A stretch of 64,000 nucleotides of DNA, from the sequence record HE978309. One strand, written 5' to 3'. The first letter of the stretch is position 1. Each line of letters starts with the position of its first letter. Below are positions 1-8,775 of this stretch, one piece after another. The position numbers and the translations under genes were made by a program. Source of the DNA: Enterobacteria phage GEC-3S. Below the pieces are notes generated by a model, which did no database searches, was not told the origin of the DNA, and saw only the letters and a list, made by a program, of their open reading frames with translations.

Positions 1-70
1 CTGCTTTGAATGCTTCGAACATTGCCTTTTTCATTGCTACGTGGTTTTTACGGAATTTCATAATTAGTCA
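1..70 (-). CDS. hypothetical protein, N-terminal part only (gene runs out of window start)
   Basis: ATG near 68-70 preceded by AGAGGTGA RBS; reads MKFRKNHVAMKKAMFEAFKA leftwards. Confidence 0.35.
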
Positions 71-107
71 CCTCTATTGATTAGTTATTCAGAATATTAA
101 TTACAAA

Positions 108-383
108 TCAGGACATTGCCCTTTTGAATGCGTCCATTATAACAGTGTTATTTGGCTTGTCAACACGTTTTTGAACTTTATTTTTAAATTTTTTGTTGAT
201 GTGGTGTTTACGATAAACAACCTTTTCACGGTTGGCGTAAGCCTCGCGTGCGTCTTTTACCATCAACCATGCCTTAGCCGCATCTTGTCCGCTGATCCCG
301 CCAATCTTCTTAGCAATATCAACAAAATTAAGACCGTGGTCTTCGCGTAGCATGTAAACCATTAACGCTGTTTTCTTGTCCAT
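108..383 (-). CDS. hypothetical protein (~91 aa)
   Basis: ORF track 108..491; probable start is the internal ATG at 381-383, overlapping the stop of the upstream ORF (TGATG coupling). Confidence 0.45.
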   Translation of the reverse strand: MDKKTALMVYMLREDHGLNFVDIAKKIGGISGQDAAKAWLMVKDAREAYANREKVVYRKHHINKKFKNKVQKRVDKPNNTVIMDAFKRAMS

Positions 384-580
384 CACTTCGCCCCATTGAC
401 GATTAACAGGATAGTGATTAGCACCGGAAACTGGATCATGATAGTGCCAATAAACCGGATAAATGCATTTTCTGACTTCCACACATGACATGCGACTAGC
501 TGATAGACCATTGTTGAAACCAGAACTAGGATATAAACCGAAAGCGGTGTAACTTCGATTAGTCGGGAAATCTCATTCAT
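383..580 (-). CDS. small hydrophobic membrane protein (65 aa)
   Basis: ORF track; GAGGTGA RBS before ATG; two hydrophobic segments. Confidence 0.45.
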   Translation of the reverse strand: MNEISRLIEVTPLSVYILVLVSTMVYQLVACHVWKSENAFIRFIGTIMIQFPVLITILLIVNGAK

Positions 581-738
581 ACTTCACCTCATACATTCAT
601 AAACACAACAACGAATAATACAGTAACAGTTATCAACGCCATTTTCAACCCCATATTCATAATATGTTCTTCGCCTCACTATGGACAGTAGCATGTCGAT
701 GCGTGCCATTATAGACATCTAAATCGCTCTGTCAAGCA

Positions 739-770
739 CAAAAACAAAAAAGCCACCCCGAAGGATGGCT
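739..770 (-). terminator. rho-independent terminator downstream of hoc
   Basis: minus-strand hairpin AGCCATCC-UUCG-GGGUGGCU followed by a U-run. Confidence 0.5.
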
Positions 771-781
771 GATAGATTTCA

Positions 782-1996
782 TTAAGCAGGATGCGTTTCA
801 CGAATGCGTAGAACTCGCTCTAACGTATCTCGGTCCAGTTTATGTAACTCTTTGGAATGATACATGAAACCATTGCGAGATTCCATGCAAGTGCAATCAC
901 TATATTTTTCTTCCGCTGCCGCGATTGTCTCCAGATCTTTGGCGTACTTGCTGGTTGAATAAACTTCTCGATCACGCCACTCTAACCCAGACTCATTGAA
1001 TTTAACAATCTCGTCAAATACCCACCATCCAATGTAGATAAATGAAGTTTTGCGCCACGGGATCGGATGTACGTAACGAAACATTTTAACAACTTCCATT
1101 GAACATTTTCGGCTTGTACTTGCTGCAACTTCTACTGTTTCATCTTCGATCTGTTGATATAGTTTAGCAACACACCAGAATTTGGCTGTGTCATCGTAAG
1201 TAGCACTCTCTTTGAACAGATGACCGTCTGGAGTGATAGAAAATCCTTCCAGTGCTTCGCCGACCTCACTACCGATCAGAGTCGGTGACATTTGCCCTTC
1301 GCGCTGCAAATACCAGTTATATTTGATCGTCAAATTAGGCATACCGCTAGAATCGCCTACAATGTTCTCTGACACAACATAATTAAGTAAGATCTCATTA
1401 CCTAGTGCCACGGTCTTTGATTCCACCACATCCTGATCTACGTTCATTGTTGCCAGCATTATTTTAGTCGATGCGCTAGCGGCTGAATCTTCCGACTCGC
1501 CCCACACTTTTACAGTATACACGCCGTTTTTATCTGCTGTAAATTCTTGGATCGTAATATCCTTTTTTGTGTCTATAACGTCATCGCCCTTACTCCAACT
1601 ATAATGTAGTTCATAGTTGTCTGCTGGAGTCTTCCCACCAGAAAAATTTACTGTTGCATGTAATTCTACGTCTTTTTGTGATGATACGTAGAAATGCTGC
1701 GGTTCGGTGATATTTACGATTAATTCAGCTTCTTCCATGAGGAAAACTTCAGATTCTACTGATGTCATCGTATCGGTATCTTGTACCGTTACTTTATAGC
1801 TACCCGCATTTTCACTTGTTGCGTCTGCTACAGTTAGCGTAGCTGTGCTATTTTCATGCGGTTGGTCGTCTTTTGTCCATGTATATGTCAAATTGCTGGG
1901 TAATGGTTCGTCACCCGCTACAGTCGCCGTTAAGGTGAAACCATCTCCAGCAAGAAAACATCTTTTGTTAGATTGTATTGATACTGTGAAAGCCAT
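782..1996 (-). CDS. hoc: Hoc, Ig-like-domain outer capsid decoration protein
   Basis: 404 aa; C-terminal YVHPIPWR...WWVFDEI...ESRNGFMYH matches my recollection of the T4 Hoc capsid-binding region; position upstream of inh/uvsW. Confidence 0.85.
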   Translation of the reverse strand: MAFTVSIQSNKRCFLAGDGFTLTATVAGDEPLPSNLTYTWTKDDQPHENSTATLTVADATSENAGSYKVTVQDTDTMTSVESEVFLMEEAELIVNITEPQHFYVSSQKDVELHATVNFSGGKTPADNYELHYSWSKGDDVIDTKKDITIQEFTADKNGVYTVKVWGESEDSAASASTKIMLATMNVDQDVVESKTVALGNEILLNYVVSENIVGDSSGMPNLTIKYNWYLQREGQMSPTLIGSEVGEALEGFSITPDGHLFKESATYDDTAKFWCVAKLYQQIEDETVEVAASTSRKCSMEVVKMFRYVHPIPWRKTSFIYIGWWVFDEIVKFNESGLEWRDREVYSTSKYAKDLETIAAAEEKYSDCTCMESRNGFMYHSKELHKLDRDTLERVLRIRETHPA

Positions 1997-2091
1997 ATAA
2001 AGCCACTCCCATCGAAAATCCGAATTTAATTAATTGAAATAGTTGATTGTCATCAACCAGATAACCATTGCGAGATTCCAATACATGAGTA

Positions 2092-2256
2092 TTAGAATAG
2101 TGATGCAACGAGGCCGAAATAGTATCGATCTCGTCTGGGTATTTGTTCTGCTATAAAGTCTGCTGTACTAACAACAATCTTTAACAGAAGTGGATGACCA
2201 ACGGAGCCATAAACCGGATCTTCTGTTTGATGTAATACATTGATTTTGTTAGACAT
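2092..2256 (-). CDS. hypothetical small protein (54 aa)
   Basis: ORF track 2092..2280; second ATG has AAAGAGGAT RBS, first does not. Confidence 0.35.
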   Translation of the reverse strand: MSNKINVLHQTEDPVYGSVGHPLLLKIVVSTADFIAEQIPRRDRYYFGLVASLF

Positions 2257-2336
2257 GTAGTATCCTCTTTTTAATTGCATAACGGAACTACAATTAAAAT
2301 TATAACAAATATTTCACAACTTTTATCACCCAAAAA

Positions 2337-3062
2337 TTACTTGAGTGTGTGGAATTGGCTATGTTTAGTCTCTCGCACCTTGACAGACCCATCGCGTTTG
2401 ATATAATAGATCAGTGACTTGAGGGTGTCGTGTACATACGCGTGCGGGAAACGCTCTGGATACTTCTTCCAATCTGGAGTATTAACGATCCAGTCGAAAA
2501 TCCACCACGGGCAGGAGTAGTAACCACGACCGCCACCGATCAAACAAATGGTCGGACGGAAACCAGTAAGATCGCAAAATGAATCAGTGTCATGTGCAGG
2601 AGAACGATGCTCTGCTTCGTCAGAGAAAATGTTTGCTACCGGAGATTTCACTTTAACTTCCGGTGCTTCTTCAACATCTGACTTAACTTCTTCGACCACT
2701 GGTTCAACTGCTGGAGATTCTTCTTTTGTTTCTTCAATGACGATCTCAGGTTCTTTCATTGCTTCAACCAGAGACGGATCAACTTCGTCGAATACTACTT
2801 TATCATCTGCGGTATCTGCTGCCAGAATAAGATCGTTAATACTGGTTCCTTCTGCCGGAGTTTCTTCTTCCATTTCGGAAGCCAGTTTAGTTAATTCGGT
2901 TTCTACGAACTCGATCATGTTCTCTAACGAGAGCGTCTTTTTGACCTTTATATCAAATTGTTTTGCGTAGTCCGCTAATTCTGTTTTAGCGGTTTTCTGT
3001 GCTTCTTTGTCGTCGGACGCCGCAATAGCGCGGAGTTCTTCGAAATATTCTTTATCAAACAT
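2337..3062 (-). CDS. acidic protein, possibly Inh (prohead protease inhibitor) by position
   Basis: 241 aa, Glu-rich centre, Cys-rich C-terminus; lies between hoc and uvsW as inh does in T4; no motif-level confirmation. Confidence 0.4.
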   Translation of the reverse strand: MFDKEYFEELRAIAASDDKEAQKTAKTELADYAKQFDIKVKKTLSLENMIEFVETELTKLASEMEEETPAEGTSINDLILAADTADDKVVFDEVDPSLVEAMKEPEIVIEETKEESPAVEPVVEEVKSDVEEAPEVKVKSPVANIFSDEAEHRSPAHDTDSFCDLTGFRPTICLIGGGRGYYSCPWWIFDWIVNTPDWKKYPERFPHAYVHDTLKSLIYYIKRDGSVKVRETKHSQFHTLK

Positions 3063-3088
3063 GTTATTCTCCTGATTGGGGGTGTTTG

Positions 3089-3096
3089 TATAAATA
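3089..3096 (+). promoter_or_regulatory. T4-type late promoter (TATAAATA) for uvsW
   Basis: exact TATAAATA about 35 nt upstream of the uvsW ATG. Confidence 0.5.
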
Positions 3097-3132
3097 TTTG
3101 TATACTGTATTTATTGAGTGAGGCTATTCGCT

Positions 3133-4635
3133 ATGCAAGATATTAAAATTCACTTTCTGAACTACTCCCATGTTCAAATTGAATGTAGCGATTCAATTTT
3201 ATTAGAAATGCGAGATTATTTTAGTTTTGAAGTCGAGGGAGCAAGATTTCAAAAAAGATTTAAGTATGGTGGATGGGATGGGCGTATTCGTCTTTTAGAT
3301 TACAACGGAAAGCTGCCAATCGGTCTAACTAAAACCGTGGGAATCTTCGCTAAAAATATGGGCTATAGCGTATGGGTAGATCCTCGCTTATTCGAAAAAG
3401 AACAAGTTACAGAAGAAGAAATTACAAAATGGTGTAATGACTTAGAATTATATTCCGGTGCTAACAGGATCACCCCTCATTGGTATCAATCAAAGGCCGT
3501 CTTTGAAGGTATTCATCATAAACGCCGTATGTTAGTTTTGCCTACGTCCGCTGGTAAATCTGCGATTGCTTGTATGTTGTCTCGTTGGTACTTAGAGAAT
3601 TACGAAGGGAAAGTGTTGATCATCGTTCCTACCACGTCGCTAGTGCTGCAAATGCGTGATGACTTTGTTGATTATCGCCAGTTTCCTTATGAAGCAATTC
3701 ATACTATCATGAGCGGTACTAGTAAACACGTAGGTGATCGCCTGATCGTTGTTAGTACGTGGCAATCTGCATGTAAACAACCTAGTGAGTGGTTCCAACA
3801 ATTCGGGATGGTTATTGTTGACGAATGTCACAAGGCTACTGCTAAAAACCTGCTAAACATCGTTACTGATATGGATCATTGCCAATTTAAGATCGGCATG
3901 ACTGGTTCCCCTCGTGACGGGAAAGCTAACATGATGCAGTATGTCGGGCTTTTTGGTGATATTTCTAAGATCGTGAGTATTGACCGCCTGATGGAAGAAG
4001 GTCAAGTGACAAAACTGAAAATTAACTGCCTTTTCCTTCGTTATACCGATGAGGAATGTAGCGCGGTTAAGGGGCGAGAATATGCGGAAGAGATCAAGTA
4101 TATTACATCTAACCCACGACGAAATAAGTTTGCTTGCAATTTGGCGCTAAAACTCGCTAAGAAGGGCGAAAACGTATTCCTGATGTTCCGCAATACTAAG
4201 CACGGAAAACTTATGTATGATGCGTTACAGAAGGTACACGACAAGGTTTATTATATTGACGGTGGAGTTAAGACAGAAGAACGTGATGAATTTAAGAAAA
4301 TGGCGGAGGGTGACACCGGGATCATTTGTGTTGCGTCTTATGGTGTGTTCTCTACTGGTGTTTCAATTAAGAATTTGCACCATGTTATTTTCGGTCATCC
4401 AGTGAAGGAATCAACTATCGTTCGTCAGAGTATCGGTCGTGCATTGCGTAAACATGGTTCGAAAGACATTGCAACGGTCTGGGATCTTATAGATCATCTG
4501 GCGGTGAAGACAAAGAGCAAGAATGCTAAGAAACAGTTTAGTCACCTTAATTATGCTCTTAAACATGCCCTTGAAAGAATAAAAATTTACAATACCGACC
4601 GATTCGAATATGTCACGAAAACCATCGAGATTTAA
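3133..4635 (+). CDS. uvsW: UvsW DNA/RNA helicase
   Basis: ORF track 3118..4635 starts at GTG; the ATG at 3133 gives MQDIKIHF..., matching T4 UvsW as I recall it; Walker A LPTSAGKS and helicase motifs. Confidence 0.93.
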   Translation: MQDIKIHFLNYSHVQIECSDSILLEMRDYFSFEVEGARFQKRFKYGGWDGRIRLLDYNGKLPIGLTKTVGIFAKNMGYSVWVDPRLFEKEQVTEEEITKWCNDLELYSGANRITPHWYQSKAVFEGIHHKRRMLVLPTSAGKSAIACMLSRWYLENYEGKVLIIVPTTSLVLQMRDDFVDYRQFPYEAIHTIMSGTSKHVGDRLIVVSTWQSACKQPSEWFQQFGMVIVDECHKATAKNLLNIVTDMDHCQFKIGMTGSPRDGKANMMQYVGLFGDISKIVSIDRLMEEGQVTKLKINCLFLRYTDEECSAVKGREYAEEIKYITSNPRRNKFACNLALKLAKKGENVFLMFRNTKHGKLMYDALQKVHDKVYYIDGGVKTEERDEFKKMAEGDTGIICVASYGVFSTGVSIKNLHHVIFGHPVKESTIVRQSIGRALRKHGSKDIATVWDLIDHLAVKTKSKNAKKQFSHLNYALKHALERIKIYNTDRFEYVTKTIEI

Positions 4636-4678
4636 TAAATAGGGGATTTAATGCCCCTTTATTCTACGGAGATTAAAA

Positions 4679-4915
4679 ATGATTAGCTTTAAACGTTTTT
4701 TGGTTGAGGCCGCTATTGACGGTTTCATGCGTAAGATTTATTCTTGTAATACTATCGAGGGATTAAATGAACTTGAGGCATATTATGAGAAGCGCAAGAA
4801 AGAAACAGAATTGAAACCTGCTGATGATATTTCGATCCGTGATGCCATCGCTGGACGCCGTAAGCAATTGGAAGCGGACAACGAGCCAGAAGAGGAGCCG
4901 GAAGAGGATTTTTAA
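4679..4915 (+). CDS. UvsW.1-like small protein
   Basis: 78-aa ORF directly downstream of uvsW, same size and position as T4 uvsW.1. Confidence 0.55.
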   Translation: MISFKRFLVEAAIDGFMRKIYSCNTIEGLNELEAYYEKRKKETELKPADDISIRDAIAGRRKQLEADNEPEEEPEEDF

Positions 4916-4916
4916 G

Positions 4917-4945
4917 ATATAAAAAAGCCCCATCAATGATGGGGC
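4917..4945 (-). terminator. rho-independent terminator (minus strand)
   Basis: hairpin GCCCCATC...GATGGGGC with a minus-strand U-run, between convergent genes. Confidence 0.45.
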
Positions 4946-4978
4946 AAAATAAACCAATTAAAATCGGTTATCAACAAA

Positions 4979-5155
4979 TTACATTAACAGCATTGTTTGC
5001 TCTACGAGTTGTTCTTGTTCTTCGCCGTTCGCATCTTCACTAATCGAACGTTCTGTTACTAGCTGTAAGCAGTAGCCAGTGTGAACAACGCCGTTTTCTG
5101 TCTGGACTGATAACGCATCCTCGACAGGTTGTTTACAACAAATACAGATTTTCAT
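4979..5155 (-). CDS. small Cys-rich protein downstream of uvsY (58 aa)
   Basis: sub-60-aa ORF MKICICCKQP...; AGGAGG RBS 6 nt before ATG. Confidence 0.4.
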   Translation of the reverse strand: MKICICCKQPVEDALSVQTENGVVHTGYCLQLVTERSISEDANGEEQEQLVEQTMLLM

Positions 5156-5176
5156 AAAAATTCCTCCTGCATGTAT

Positions 5177-5584
5177 TTAGCGACCAGATTCCAGCATACG
5201 CAATTCTATAGCATTCTTGATCGCAAATCCACGAGATTTAACGATATCAAGTGCGCGACCAGCAAAATCCATTACCATCTGGTAATATGCAATTTTCGTA
5301 TCAAGCGGTAAGATCTCGTCGTCTGCTGCCATGACAACTTTCAATTCTGATTTCTCATATTCAGCACGACACCAGTCATCACTACGGTTAGTGTAAAAGT
5401 CAAGACGATTTTTCATAGCCTTTTTCTTTTTAGCCTCAAGAGCAATCGTCTCTCTTTTCGCCTCGCTGTAAATCCTTAACCACTTTGAGTATACTACCGG
5501 ATTATTCAGCGCCTCCCATTGCAACTTAGTCGCATCGATCTTCATGTCAGCTTCTAATTGTTCTTTCAAATCGTTTAGGTCCAT
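5177..5584 (-). CDS. uvsY: UvsY recombination mediator
   Basis: 135 aa; LQWEALNNPVVYSKWL...KSRGFAIKN resembles T4 UvsY as I recall it. Confidence 0.9.
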   Translation of the reverse strand: MDLNDLKEQLEADMKIDATKLQWEALNNPVVYSKWLRIYSEAKRETIALEAKKKKAMKNRLDFYTNRSDDWCRAEYEKSELKVVMAADDEILPLDTKIAYYQMVMDFAGRALDIVKSRGFAIKNAIELRMLESGR

Positions 5585-5631
5585 AATATCCCCTTATTCA
5601 CACTAAGACCTATATCATATCACACACAAAA

Positions 5632-6030
5632 TCACTTTGCAAGTCTTATGCGTAGTTGTTCAAGATCATCTGGGTTATCTATTACTGAAAAGTAGATTGA
5701 TACTATGATTGAGTTATCGTCGTACTGCGGGGTTACTTCTACTGTCAGGTTTCGGACCCGTGGTTCATAGTTTCGGATCGCCTCATTGATGTTTTTTGAT
5801 AAGGTATCCACTGTCAGTGGGTTCATGTTCTCAAACAGTGATTTATTGAGATCGCATCCAAACAGTGGATCAAATGGACGAGATCCCTTGCGAGTAGTCA
5901 CGATCAGTAGAATAGAATCTTTAACCGCTTTAATCCCTATGTTCTTTTTAACGTCGTTATTCCACGATCTGGATATATTGAGATCCAAATCAGTATACAT
6001 CTGATTAATAGTTGCCATGTTATACCTCAA
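5632..6030 (-). CDS. 25: gp25 baseplate wedge protein
   Basis: 132 aa; TTRKGSRPFDPLFGCDL...NYEPRV...FSVIDNPDD matches T4 gp25. Confidence 0.9.
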   Translation of the reverse strand: MRYNMATINQMYTDLDLNISRSWNNDVKKNIGIKAVKDSILLIVTTRKGSRPFDPLFGCDLNKSLFENMNPLTVDTLSKNINEAIRNYEPRVRNLTVEVTPQYDDNSIIVSIYFSVIDNPDDLEQLRIRLAK

Positions 6031-6656
6031 AGAATTTTAAGGAAACTGGATAGACCTGATAATGAATATACACCAGATTCCCCGCATTCGCACTTGATCG
6101 GTACTGCCAGCGTGATTTGATTTCTTGTTAGCTCGTCGATCACTTCTTCCACTTTATCCGTGGTAAGCATATCCAGCACGCGGTCAAAGTCCTGTGCGTT
6201 CAGGTCGTCTATATTGAATTGCTGATCGCCGATCACGATATATTCGATACATGCAATTACCATCTGCATAATATCAACATCTTCTGTAAACTTAGGTTGA
6301 CGAAACTTGATTTTTACTTGTCCTAAGTCCAGAATATACGGTTCAACTTCTGGTATCTGTGTGCGTGAAACATCAAGAGAGTATACTTTCTCTTTATTGC
6401 ATACACCACACACCCAAGTAGCATCAATTTTCATCTTATTGAGGCTGTGACACCATAAGAGAAGAAAAATATATTCTGCTTCGCATTTCTCTAGCTCTAA
6501 TGCATTGACCCCCGTACATTCATGTATGATCTCTATAACAACCTCTGACAGCTTGCCAGTCTCTTTTGCTGCTACCAGTTTTTGAAATTCGCCGAAGGTG
6601 AAAGCACGGGCGTGTATCAACTTTTCGCCTAATTGGATCTTGAAAAAGTATTGCAT
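6027..6656 (-). CDS. 26: gp26 baseplate hub protein
   Basis: 209 aa; position between 25 and the divergent gene 51, start overlaps gene 25. Confidence 0.7.
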   Translation of the reverse strand: MQYFFKIQLGEKLIHARAFTFGEFQKLVAAKETGKLSEVVIEIIHECTGVNALELEKCEAEYIFLLLWCHSLNKMKIDATWVCGVCNKEKVYSLDVSRTQIPEVEPYILDLGQVKIKFRQPKFTEDVDIMQMVIACIEYIVIGDQQFNIDDLNAQDFDRVLDMLTTDKVEEVIDELTRNQITLAVPIKCECGESGVYSLSGLSSFLKIL

Positions 6657-6698
6657 AATAAAACACCCTTTATAAACACATAGAATTATTTAGTATTT

Positions 6699-6706
6699 TA
6701 TAAATA
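6699..6706 (+). promoter_or_regulatory. T4-type late promoter (TATAAATA) for the 51-27-28-29-48-54 block
   Basis: exact TATAAATA about 20 nt upstream of the gene 51 start. Confidence 0.55.
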
Positions 6707-6726
6707 CCCGAAAGGGGGATTATACC

Positions 6727-7497
6727 ATGAATATTATCAGAATAAAACTACCGGAAGGTGTGCAGAGATTTAAACCATTCACGGTAAAAGATTATAGAGA
6801 TTTCCTTCTGGTGTCAACTGAAATTAAGATGAATCCAGAAGAAGAACAAACGATTCTTGATGAGCTATTAGAAGAAATATATCCAGACGTAGATCCGGCA
6901 TTTCGTGAATATATTTTCCTGAATGTCTTTACTAGTTCAATTGGTAAAACTAAGATACCGCTTTGTTTTACTTGCCCGACTTGCAACAAAGAAAGAAAAA
7001 TGTTGCTTAACTTACAGATTGAAGCACTAAAACCAATCGTTCTAGAGGCCGCAGGGCTTAAAATAACTTTCCGGTATGTTAAACCATCAACCGACTATGC
7101 AAAAACGTTTCTGGATGCGATAGAGCGTGTATCTGATGGTATTAATGATTATCTATGGACTGAATTACCGGAAGAAGTTAGAGAACAGGTTATCGATTCA
7201 ATCTCATTTGCTGAATTTGAAGAAGTTGTCAAGCAGATGCACACAATCAAGATCGAACAAAAGATATCTTGTTGTGAAAGTCATGACCTGAAATACATAG
7301 GTCTTCTTCCATTATTCAAATTGTTGTTGAATCCAGATGAGTTATTCATCTTTTATCGAATAAACCATCTATTGGCAAAATCAAATTATTCTATCAGTGA
7401 TCTTATGGATATGTTACCGGTCGAGAGAAACATTGCACTGACACTGGTCGAGAAAGACGTAAAAGAGGCAAATAATGCAAAGAACGGGGTTTCCTAA
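6727..7497 (+). CDS. 51: gp51 baseplate hub assembly protein
   Basis: 256 aa; synteny, divergent from 26; CxxC...C motif. Confidence 0.7.
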   Translation: MNIIRIKLPEGVQRFKPFTVKDYRDFLLVSTEIKMNPEEEQTILDELLEEIYPDVDPAFREYIFLNVFTSSIGKTKIPLCFTCPTCNKERKMLLNLQIEALKPIVLEAAGLKITFRYVKPSTDYAKTFLDAIERVSDGINDYLWTELPEEVREQVIDSISFAEFEEVVKQMHTIKIEQKISCCESHDLKYIGLLPLFKLLLNPDELFIFYRINHLLAKSNYSISDLMDMLPVERNIALTLVEKDVKEANNAKNGVS

Positions 7498-8257
7498 TGT
7501 CTCAATAAAACTTTATGCTGTTAATAACGTAACTAGCATGATTGATGCCATCTATAAGGAAGTTCCTTTATGGAAACCTACTATAAAGGGTGATAACGTT
7601 GTTATTCCTCGTTGTCCGTGGGTTAGTACCATAAATGACTATATGGATTTTGTGAGGGCATACGGGCAAAGCGTAGAAACAGAGTCTTTCGTGTATTGCT
7701 GGGAAGATTTTGATGGTATAACGATAGCTGGACACGATACAATATTAAAAAATGAGCCAATACCAGCTATAATCTGTGAGCCTAGACTCATGGGGCAATT
7801 TATTGATATGTCGCCTAATCTGATGGTTTTTAATTTCGAGTGGCAGACTAAGAGCAATGCTAAAGTTAAAAATTCATTTAGCAATGTGACATACACAACT
7901 ATTGATTTTGTTACTAAGCAGTATAATAAAATTATTGTTGGTAATGGGGATAACATTGCACACTTTGTTCATGGTGGCGCTTATGGCGATTTAACTTATA
8001 AGAATGCGTTTTTGGAAGGTTCTAAACTTGCCACAATAGAACAATATGATTCATATGCTACCGCCGTGTGTCACGGTAATTTTTCGTTGCGCCCCGGTAT
8101 GGTTATTCGATTCTTTGATGAGAAGCAACAAGCACGCAATGATTTTATTGTTGACGAAGTGGTGCATGAAATTAGCCGAGAGCAATCATTAACTCACCTG
8201 TATATGATCGGTAACAGCGAAGAATTACAGGAAGTCAAATTTGAAGGTAAGATATAA
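7475..8257 (+). CDS. 27: gp27 baseplate hub protein (short form, 260 aa)
   Basis: N- and C-terminal similarity to T4 gp27 (PNVSIKL..., ...VDEVVHEIS...THLYM); synteny between 51 and 28. Confidence 0.7.
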   Translation: MQRTGFPNVSIKLYAVNNVTSMIDAIYKEVPLWKPTIKGDNVVIPRCPWVSTINDYMDFVRAYGQSVETESFVYCWEDFDGITIAGHDTILKNEPIPAIICEPRLMGQFIDMSPNLMVFNFEWQTKSNAKVKNSFSNVTYTTIDFVTKQYNKIIVGNGDNIAHFVHGGAYGDLTYKNAFLEGSKLATIEQYDSYATAVCHGNFSLRPGMVIRFFDEKQQARNDFIVDEVVHEISREQSLTHLYMIGNSEELQEVKFEGKI

Positions 8258-8775
8258 TGACAGAAACTAAACCTATGTTAAAATTTGTTGTTCCTGTAAA
8301 AAAATTAGATATAAACGGGAAACATATCAAGATCCCAAAAATGGGGATTAAGCAACATCGATTATTAAAAGATGTTCGTAGCTGTGATGAAACATTAAAG
8401 ATTCTTCTTGATTCAATCTGTCCTGGGTTAAACGCTGCCGAGTCTGAATTGGTTATGCTTAACCTTTGTGCGTTTAATGGTAAGTGTCTGGAAGAAAAGG
8501 ATGGTCTTAAGCTGTCTGATGTGTATATTTGTACAGAGACTGAATTTACTTTAAATGGTAAAGTCTTTAAATTTAAAAATCCAATGTATACTTCTGACCC
8601 CATTATCGATGACGCTGATTTCTTGAGTCATCATTATCACGATCCTAGTGTAGACTTCCATGATTTCCCAGCTTTTATTATGGATTGGGCTACAGGATTA
8701 AGAAAAACTATTGCACTGGATACACCGGAAGGTACTATCTATGGTGGAATTAACATATTGGATCGCCTATCATGA
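8257..8775 (+). CDS. 28: gp28 baseplate hub distal subunit
   Basis: 172 aa, synteny, translationally coupled to 27 and 29. Confidence 0.7.
   Translation: MTETKPMLKFVVPVKKLDINGKHIKIPKMGIKQHRLLKDVRSCDETLKILLDSICPGLNAAESELVMLNLCAFNGKCLEEKDGLKLSDVYICTETEFTLNGKVFKFKNPMYTSDPIIDDADFLSHHYHDPSVDFHDFPAFIMDWATGLRKTIALDTPEGTIYGGINILDRLS

Noticed and set aside
868-2080. 18-bp direct repeats, considered as attachment sites of an integrated element
   Set aside because: No integrase or recombinase nearby and the bracketed gene is hoc, a normal T4-type capsid gene; more likely a recombination footprint
2548-2970. 140-aa plus-strand ORF from the ORF track
   Set aside because: Lies entirely antisense within the inh-like gene, has a low-complexity Ser/Thr-rich translation and no RBS; the same reasoning applies to other antisense ORFs inside large genes (for example 14570..14803, 35012..35293, 46942..47439, 52147..52677, 58539..59378)
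6657-6726. Divergent late promoter for genes 26/25 on the minus strand
   Set aside because: Only the plus-strand TATAAATA (for gene 51) is exact; the minus-strand candidates are imperfect, so no call was made
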